A stretch of 32,474 nucleotides of DNA from Trichomonas gallinae (lineage: Eukaryota). The notes beneath the pieces are model-generated. The model was not told where the DNA came from. It made no database searches and saw only the letters and a program-made list of their open reading frames with translations. Shown piece after piece: positions 1 to 7,825 of the stretch (the stretch's first letter is position 1; every line of letters begins with the position of its first letter). The stretch is from NCBI GenBank assembly GCA_008369845.1, contig MRSU01010844.1, forward strand, positions 1 to 32,474. Direction: 5' to 3'. Both the position numbers and the translations under genes were made by a program.

Positions 1-151
1 TATTGTCTAAAATCCTTCAAATATGGGGTCATAGGACCGCTTGCAAATTTTGGCAAATAACCCCCAACATATACTACTAAGGAAATCGTTTGAAAGTTAT
101 ACATTTAATTTATTCATGAAGATAAAAACAAGATAATGAATATTATAGCGG

Positions 152-895
152 TCAGAAATTTGTTGAATAATATTCATGAATCCGAGATTTGATAATTGGT
201 GAAACTACTTTCATACAGAATGGTTCTGGACGATTAAGAAGCATGACAATTGAAGATGGGTCAATGATCTTTCTATTCATTTTCTCGGATGCAGAAATGA
301 AATATTCAGGCATTAACTCGAATTCACTGGGCTTGTCTGTTTTCTTTATTACATTGGCAATTTCCAAAATCGCTGCAACTTGATATAATTTGCATCTCGT
401 GGTTTTTTCTCTGTCGTTTTCACGAGAAAGATAAGTTGCAGCCTCTAAGATATTGATTCTTCGCATCTCTAATGCTATATATAACAGTATAAACTCTTCT
501 GTAACCTTTTGGACAGAAATACACCCACGATTCGAAAATATTTTCTCCAGGGAGTAATTAGGAAAGAAGGCTCCTCGATTACTTGCAATCATCTCTATCT
601 TGTACCGTATTTGCTCGAATCCAATCCACTGAAATGTTTCTGAATCATATTTAGAACAAACTCCCAAAGCGTCGAAAACATTAACAACTTCGTAAAATCG
701 TCTTTGTCTGAACCCCATCTGTTCAGAAATGGTACGGATGTCGTACTTTGCCTGAGGTTTTTTCTTGCAATTTTCAATGAAAGCCAATGTTGATGTTTTA
801 AACGCGGAAGGCTTGTCAAACGGCCCCATTATGATTTTAATTGGCTCAGGATTCCCGAGCATGTTCGTAGAACACTCAGATTCTACAATAGCCAT
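152..895 (-). CDS. Atypical E2F/DP-family transcription factor with two tandem winged-helix domains (E2F7/8/DEL-like architecture)
   Basis: First domain has QRRFYEVVNVFDALG...FQWIG, matching the E2F RRxYD/NVxxxxG/WxG signature. A second, degenerate domain reads SVQKVTEEFI...RCKLYQVAAILEIANVIKK. The ORF track starts at a TTG (913); the first ATG is at 895. Confidence 0.85.
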   Translation of the reverse strand: MAIVESECSTNMLGNPEPIKIIMGPFDKPSAFKTSTLAFIENCKKKPQAKYDIRTISEQMGFRQRRFYEVVNVFDALGVCSKYDSETFQWIGFEQIRYKIEMIASNRGAFFPNYSLEKIFSNRGCISVQKVTEEFILLYIALEMRRINILEAATYLSRENDREKTTRCKLYQVAAILEIANVIKKTDKPSEFELMPEYFISASEKMNRKIIDPSSIVMLLNRPEPFCMKVVSPIIKSRIHEYYSTNF

Positions 896-950
896 TAATA
901 AAAATAAATTCAAAATAATTCTGAGGTCATATAATTTATTCTTTCGACAA

Positions 951-961
951 AAACGCGAAAA
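951..961 (-). promoter_or_regulatory. Candidate E2F-like binding site (TTTTCGCG)
   Basis: The plus strand reads aaacgcgaaaa (TTTTCGCGTTT on minus), about 56-66 nt upstream of the E2F-like ATG. It is a near match to TTTSSCGC in CpG-poor sequence. Confidence 0.35.
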
Positions 962-3261
962 TCATGCTAATTTCTGAATAACAAGGTTGTTCTACTTAAT
1001 TTGAAAAATTGATAAAAAATCAAATCATTTTAAAAACGCTGCAAAACTCATGTGTACTTGAAATGCAACAAGTTATATCATTCAAACAGGAATTTTCTAT
1101 TCCCTTTCAAATTTTTTTTTTAATGTCAGAAAAATAATAAATGAGTTATACCTCCATAGAATTTTACATAGAACCATCCATTCAATAAATAATCTAAAAT
1201 ATATTTGTATAGAGTGTGTGCCTAGTCGAATTGAAATGAATTTAACTAATGATTTTGTCAATTTTATATTAGTCTTATGCTTTTGCGTGTTTTCGCGATG
1301 TAGAACTGTTGTATGTCTGTTGTAACATCTATGGTCTAAATATTGCGTCCAAGAATAACCATCATATTAATATGAAAAATCTAGCAGAATTATGGTCTTC
1401 TGCTGGTAACATGACAAGGAAATACATCATTAGTTACAAATTCGTTTTTAAAAATTTGTTGAATCAACTTTTGAGAGAATTTTACTATGAAACCCGTAGG
1501 CAAAGCCATAATATAGTTTGTTATGAGGTACAATCATAGAACATCCATTGAATATATTAATGTTTGTGGTTGATCTCAATTTTCTAATTGAAATTTGAAA
1601 ATATGAATTAAATTTATCAAAGTGATTTTCAAATGAATTTATTGAATATATTCTTATAAACTAAGATCACGATTGAGTATTTCCTAATGGATTAAACAAT
1701 TAAATTAATTTGATTGTTATTTTTTTGGAATTTGATGTATTAATGTGATATATTGTATGTAATAACAGGATATGAATTCATAATGCATCGAATTATGAAA
1801 TAATTTTATCTTTTTGATTAAAATTATATATTTTTTGAATTAATAGATTATGGCCAATGATCCATGGTTATAACATATATGCCATTGTAAATGTACTATA
1901 GTATTTGTTACTTGGAGCTTATAAAAAATATGAAAATACTTAATTAGTGAAATTAAGATTTAATTTTTTGAGTAATGATTTAAGTAGGCCATGTGTATAC
2001 CGATAGTTCCTTTGCAATGATGTGAAAACTAGGTTAAGATCATTTCGAAATCAGTGAAAAATCAAAAAATGAAAGTTTTCTTTATGTTTTTATTATCTAA
2101 TCTAAAGTACTGATATGATACATATTGAGATTTTATTCAAATTCGATCTTTGAAAACTCAATTTTCAGAAATATTTCAGAATTGAATCTAATGATTAACA
2201 AAAACTCGTTAAGAGATCTAGTAGATTAACCCATGGGTTCTTTGATAACATGATATGATAATGCAAAAAATTGAAATAACCAAAAAAATTTGTTATATTA
2301 CTGGATTATATGAGTATTTCAGATAGTAAGCCTGCATAATATCACAAAAATTCTGAGGTAAAATAGCTACTTTCAAATTTTAAATGTCCTCACAAAAATT
2401 AAATAGCAATTCAAAATATAATCATCTCAATTTAGAATAATTCGTCTAAATTTTACTTAGTTATGCATTATTTTACAAAAGATTACTTGTAGTATAATTA
2501 TAATTGAATGGTGAAATTTTTGAATAAATTCACAATATCATAAGATTTTAAATTACAAATTTCGAGTGTTTGATCCCATTTTCAAGAATGATTCATAGGA
2601 ACTTTAATTTTTGCAACTTTTATTCAAACGCATTAAAGCCGCTAGAAAGTTAAAAATAAGCATGCAGATAATTGCTAAATTTATAAGATAGTAAATAAAA
2701 TCAAAAACATTCTCGATATTTTGGGAATGAGGAGTTTACAAATTATTTCAACGTTTTATATTGCATTATTCGTCATTCACATGATTATCTGATTTTTCAA
2801 TAAAATTTTCCATTTTTCTTGATCTTTTCAACCAAATTATTACAGACTTTACAATTATCGAAATAATGTTATTTTATGGTATAGATATAGAAATTATTAA
2901 AGAATCGAGCGATTATCCATCGTTTATTAGCAGAAACGTTTGAGACTTGACTAAAATGTTCTCCAAAGCTTAGAATATCACGATCATGGTTTCGATGTTT
3001 ATGAATCCGATGCTAAGATCAAATTTCAACACAGAATTTTTACTCGATTTGATAAATCCCAGTATTTCGCTGAACCAATACTAAAACCAATATATAAAAT
3101 AGTAGCGTATGGGTTTTCAACGGAAAAAATTTAACCAATTCGTTTTGTCATTGATACAAAATTTCATATTAAAGTAAAATTGAGCATTAAGATATATATT
3201 TTTATAACTATGATGATACTGAATAGAATAATATAGCGTACTTCTGAAAATAATAAAAAAT

Positions 3262-4455
3262 TCAGACTAAATTTGTTGAAATTGATGGTGTTTCGATTGC
3301 AATATCAGCAAATACATCATTATCATGTTCTCCACACTTGGCACGACCTTCGGTTCCGTGATAAATGGTTTTTGTCAATTCTGAATTGATATATTTAACT
3401 TTTCGTGTCCAGATTATATCCATGATGTAATGATAACCTAAGGCAGCCAAGACCATGTAAAACCGTTTGTTAAAGTTAGAAGTGAAGCAGCCGAAGAATT
3501 TGGAATTGTCGCCGGAAATTGCGTATCTAACGAGATTTCGCGGTGAATTTGACACCCATGATTCGTATTTGCCTTGGCTTTCGTGTAAATCGCGGTTTTC
3601 TTCAGCATATTTTTGAATTTCTTCTTGTAATTCTTTATCAAACTTGTAATCTATGTGGCATCTATAAACCATAATAGCATTTGATGAATATGGTGTCGTT
3701 TCGCCGGTAGATTGCCAGCTTCCGTATGGAAGATGCTTGAAATCTGTTTCAGTTCGATATTTTCCATCGTTCTGCGACTTGTATGTAACCATCCAATGCA
3801 CCTTAGGCTCAGGCGGGCACGTGGCGTTCTCTTCTATTGAAGTTACTAATTCGGAATAATCCATTATAGGATAGTTCATTTCTCTGTAGGTGGCTCCAGC
3901 GTCCATGTGCGGGAATGACGGGCAAAAGATCCTTTGTTGTGTATCTTCGTTTGTATCATTAATGACAGCTGATTGTTTCTCGGAAAAGAAGTTTGCACCA
4001 TTCCTGTTGCACAAGTTGAGGTAATATAAGATCAAAATCACTGCAATTCCGATCATACCAAATCCATACCAAAATGCGATATGAATTGTCCAAAGATTTG
4101 AGCGGAAAGAGCATGACAAGGATAGAAATAACGATGCCCAGAACATGTTCAATGCTAAACTCATTAAGAAAGAGTAATAATTTCTGTATTTTCGACACAA
4201 TCCGATTAAGAAGAAAAGTAATGATGGAGTTATGGCTATTGCAATAGACATCAGTGCTCCCAATGCTGATCTTTGGCAGAAAAGTTCCTCCGATTTTCTA
4301 TAGCAGTGTGATTTGACTTTCGATGTTGAATTATCGTATATACACTTGTAATCGCATAACTTGCCAAAGCAACAAAATTGACCTTCTCCTGGTTCTGTTT
4401 TGCAACCACCAATACTTACCTTCGAATACTTAATAGAAAGAAGAAAAACAAGCAT
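3262..4455 (-). CDS. Membrane protein with Cys-rich N-terminus, about 3 TM helices and a TMEM151-like C-terminal domain
   Basis: Long ORF. The likely start MLVFLLS (4455) lies downstream of GTCACTTT/TCAC motifs. It has a short hydrophobic leader, a Cys cluster and 3 hydrophobic segments, then PPEPKVHW...PYGSWQ...YKF...ENRD...FYMVLAALGY...KTIY, which by eye follows the TMEM151 layout. An alternative ATG is at 4530. Confidence 0.7.
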   Translation of the reverse strand: MLVFLLSIKYSKVSIGGCKTEPGEGQFCCFGKLCDYKCIYDNSTSKVKSHCYRKSEELFCQRSALGALMSIAIAITPSLLFFLIGLCRKYRNYYSFLMSLALNMFWASLFLSLSCSFRSNLWTIHIAFWYGFGMIGIAVILILYYLNLCNRNGANFFSEKQSAVINDTNEDTQQRIFCPSFPHMDAGATYREMNYPIMDYSELVTSIEENATCPPEPKVHWMVTYKSQNDGKYRTETDFKHLPYGSWQSTGETTPYSSNAIMVYRCHIDYKFDKELQEEIQKYAEENRDLHESQGKYESWVSNSPRNLVRYAISGDNSKFFGCFTSNFNKRFYMVLAALGYHYIMDIIWTRKVKYINSELTKTIYHGTEGRAKCGEHDNDVFADIAIETPSISTNLV

Positions 4456-4579
4456 TTGTAATAAATTAAAGAAAACGTGACAAATGGTTAAAAGTGACAA
4501 ATTTTTTGTTTTCAATTGGAAATTTTCCATTTGAATTTTTTTTTTTAAAAAAAACAAATCATATGATATTGTAGTGTTA

Positions 4580-4709
4580 TTATTCTGTCAAAGCATCTTA
4601 TTAAATCAGTCTCCAAAAACTCAAAATGAGAGAAAGTAGATCTGAGCTTTTTAGTTTTGAACATATAATTTATTCTGTCAAAGGATCTTATTAATTCGGT
4701 TCAAAAACT
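4580..4709. repeat. Imperfect ~40-bp direct repeat, two copies 90 bp apart
   Basis: 4580-4621 ttattctgtcaaagcatcttattaaatcagtctccaaaaact versus 4670-4709 ttattctgtcaaaggatcttattaattcggttcaaaaact. Confidence 0.8.
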
Positions 4710-5084
4710 GTAATTATCATTTGAATTATTTTGTTATACAAAACATTGGATATTTTTGTTAACTGCAATGACAGTAAATACAAGATTCTGTGGAAGTGTT
4801 GTATTAAATCAATACGAAACTCGTCATCAATTAAATTTAATGATATGAAAAAATACCTATAATGATAGAAATAGCAATGGTATATTAATAATTGATGGAA
4901 CAAGTATGTAATTATTGTTTTGGAGACGATTTGTCATAAAAAAATTCTTCATTGAAGAACTTTCATGTCGATAAATTTGATTGCAATCATTTTTGAAGCC
5001 AAGAATTGATATATTAACAATGCGTATAGTTCATACATACTATATGCAAATCTGAAAAATTGTTTTTTGTTTTGGAAATATAAT

Positions 5085-5693
5085 TCAATCAGCAATATCT
5101 GCGCCAATATCAGTTGTATGTATAGGTGCTTGATGTAAGATTGTTGTTATTCCAAATATTTTCATAATCAGCTTGTAAAAAGCGTTGAAAAATAATACTA
5201 TCAATAATTCATCGAATTGATGTGTTATTGCTATGAATTGAACAGATGCAATCGAATATAATAACGTATCAGTGAAACGAATATCTCTAATCTTGAAATA
5301 GTACGCTGACTTATGATTATTTATGAAAGTAATGAATTCTGCGTAAATTAAGTAGTATATTCCGAAATTAAATTGGCTGGCTAAGAATCTGTATATCAAA
5401 ATTATCAACGAAATCATGAAAATCCAAAATGCGTATTTAAATGATCCTATTGAAACTTCTATTCCACTGAAAAGGAGAATCATAATGAAAACAGCACCAA
5501 AAACATTTAAGTTTGATCCATATAAAGAAACAAAAGGTAAAAGAATCGAATAAAGTTGAATATAATATCGCCCGTATTTGTGCAAATATATGACTCCTAT
5601 AGTATTTATTGTCAAAATAATCAAAATAATGAAAGTAACAATGTGTTTTGAGATCCAATTCAATGGACCAAAAATAACATTGTTATTGGGCAT
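5085..5693 (-). CDS. UBAC2/Dsc2-like rhomboid-superfamily pseudoprotease, no UBA domain
   Basis: 202-aa polytopic protein with ATG start. Motifs FSGIEVSIGSFKYAFWI (cf. FRxFERxxGSxKF/Y) and YYFKIRDIRFTDTLLYSIASVQ (cf. FxIxGxxFSDKxxxYxxxxQ). No GxSG catalytic motif. Confidence 0.65.
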   Translation of the reverse strand: MPNNNVIFGPLNWISKHIVTFIILIILTINTIGVIYLHKYGRYYIQLYSILLPFVSLYGSNLNVFGAVFIMILLFSGIEVSIGSFKYAFWIFMISLIILIYRFLASQFNFGIYYLIYAEFITFINNHKSAYYFKIRDIRFTDTLLYSIASVQFIAITHQFDELLIVLFFNAFYKLIMKIFGITTILHQAPIHTTDIGADIAD

Positions 5694-5946
5694 GACAAAA
5701 CAAATTTTGACTTCTTGACATGTAAATTAATCAATAACATTTTTGACATGTAAAATTTTCATATAGCACTTTTAAAAATATTTGACACGTAAATATATTC
5801 ATATCACTTTTATTGTAATTTTTGACATGTAGAATATTAATTGGCATATTTGATTTTGACAAATAAAATATTTATTGACATTTTCTGATTTTTGACATGT
5901 AAAATTTCTCTGTCACTTTTCATTATTTTTTAATTTTTATCTTTTC
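5694..5946. promoter_or_regulatory. Divergent (bidirectional) promoter with a TTGACATGTAAA array and Inr-like elements
   Basis: 253 bp between head-to-head ATGs. Copies at 5715, 5743, 5782 (CACG variant), 5822 and 5892. TCACT at 5913 and TCATT at 5920 precede the 5947 ATG. Confidence 0.7.
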
Positions 5947-7659
5947 ATGAATAAATCGCTCACAGATTCTATTTTTTCTTCTCTAGAGGAGTTCTACGAG
6001 AGCACAAATGAGAAAAGGAGCATCTGTGATGAAAAAGAAGTCTTCAAGCTGCAAACAGAAATCTTAAAAGGTTCAAAACAAATCGAAGATTTCATTTTAA
6101 ATGCTAAATCGACTTCCTCAGACCAACATATGAAAGCTTTGCGATATTTGTTCTCTTTATTCAAAGCCGAACTTTCAATTACATTATCAATTCGAAAATC
6201 TCTAACAGAAGAACGAAATAATTACAATCAACTCACAACTGATATCAGTAAATACATGAATTATCTAAGCAGTTTAGGATTTGGCGAAATTAACGATTTT
6301 CCTTCTGCTCATAAACTCACTAAATTACTAATTAAAGGCATGGACGAGCAGAAGGAGATGAAGAGAACAATGAAACGCCAAATAAAAGAAATTGAAACGT
6401 TAAAAGAACAAATTAATACAACTGATGCTGCAATTCAGCTCCAAATTGCTCAAGAAAAGGCAAAAGCTGACCAATTGCAACAAGCAAATGAACAGTTAAC
6501 TCGTACAAATGAATTATTAAAACAAAAGTTGTATTCAGAAGAAACAGCCGAAAATACAATGAAAATTACAGAAACAATTAAAGAAAACGAAAAATTAATG
6601 GAAAAAATAGGCCAGTTAACATCAGAATTGACACTTTTGAAGTCAAATTCCAAAACAATTGAAAATCAAAAATCAACAATCGAAGAAAATCACTCAAAAC
6701 TCGAAAATGAAGTCTATGAACTAAAAAGGGAGAAGAGGCAATTACAAGAAACACTATCAGACTATAAAATAAATGAAGAATCGCATAATTCAAGAATAGA
6801 AAAACAAAATGAAGAGATTAATAAGCTCAATAACGAAATAAATTCTCTAAGAGAGCAAAATACAGCAATATCAGAACAAAATAGAATGATTAGCGCAGAT
6901 TTTCAAAATCAAAAAATTGATTTCGAATCAAAATCCAAATTTTTCAAAGCTAAAGAAGATCAATACATATCAGAAATCAATGACTACAAAAAGAACTTTG
7001 AAACAATAAAAACTGAAATGAAAATAAATTATGAAGAAATAAACAAAATAAATAAAGAGTTTGACTCACAAAAAAGTGTTATTGAAAAGCAGTCGAGGAA
7101 GATTGTGGATTATGAACAGACAATTGATGATATGCGGCAAGTAATCAATGATCAAAAAATAGATTTAGATAATTTAACGAGAAACAATGAAGAAATGAGC
7201 AGAAAACTTAGTGCTTTAGAGGGAAATAATGTCAACATAGAAGAATATGAAAATGCAATAAGAAAACTCGTCGAAAATCATAAAAAATCAGAAAAAAAGG
7301 CGAAAACACTGAAAAAACAATATGAAGATTTAATAGAAAGGCATAGAAAGGAATTTGAAGATATAAGGGTTCTTCATTTTGAAGAAATGCGTAAAATTAA
7401 GGAAGAATGTGATATTCATCTAAAAACTATTGTTGCAGAGAATGAATCAAAGACAAAAATTCTTCGTGACAGTCTCCAAGAACAGATAACGACTCAGACA
7501 AGTCAGAAAGAACTAATTGAAAGAGAACTTAAATTCCAAATAGATGAGCTTTACAGCGAGAACAAATCGCTTCGTGATCAGGTGAGAAAACTCTCTTATT
7601 CTCTTGAAAAAGAAGAAGAAGAACTTGCGCAGTACCGTATGAATCAGGCAAAAGATTAA
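5947..7659 (+). CDS. Long coiled-coil protein (myosin-tail/SMC-like composition)
   Basis: 570-aa ATG ORF, E/K/Q/N-rich with heptad periodicity; no recognisable catalytic motif. Confidence 0.85.
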   Translation: MNKSLTDSIFSSLEEFYESTNEKRSICDEKEVFKLQTEILKGSKQIEDFILNAKSTSSDQHMKALRYLFSLFKAELSITLSIRKSLTEERNNYNQLTTDISKYMNYLSSLGFGEINDFPSAHKLTKLLIKGMDEQKEMKRTMKRQIKEIETLKEQINTTDAAIQLQIAQEKAKADQLQQANEQLTRTNELLKQKLYSEETAENTMKITETIKENEKLMEKIGQLTSELTLLKSNSKTIENQKSTIEENHSKLENEVYELKREKRQLQETLSDYKINEESHNSRIEKQNEEINKLNNEINSLREQNTAISEQNRMISADFQNQKIDFESKSKFFKAKEDQYISEINDYKKNFETIKTEMKINYEEINKINKEFDSQKSVIEKQSRKIVDYEQTIDDMRQVINDQKIDLDNLTRNNEEMSRKLSALEGNNVNIEEYENAIRKLVENHKKSEKKAKTLKKQYEDLIERHRKEFEDIRVLHFEEMRKIKEECDIHLKTIVAENESKTKILRDSLQEQITTQTSQKELIERELKFQIDELYSENKSLRDQVRKLSYSLEKEEEELAQYRMNQAKD

Positions 7660-7825
7660 TATATTGTTTTTTATTTCATAAAGTTTTGTTATTAATATAT
7701 ATATTTCTTCGTTGACACACTTTTTTTTTATTAAGTTATATTTATCCATGATTATTTATCATAATTTTTGTATCACGTTTGAATAAAGATATGAAAAAGG
7801 TCATGATATAACAATGTTTAAAGTT

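Noticed and set aside
21..72. GC-richer imperfect hairpin (GGGGT...ACCCC, GGTC-ATAG-GACC) at the window start
   Set aside because: Short and imperfect, truncated by the window edge, with no recognisable RNA family or partner TIR.
4691..4903. 70-aa minus-strand ORF
   Set aside because: TTG start, AT-driven composition, no domain.
5700..5920. CRISPR-like appearance of the repeated motif
   Set aside because: The repeat is only 12-14 bp, spacing is irregular, spacers resemble each other, there are no cas genes, and the context is eukaryotic.
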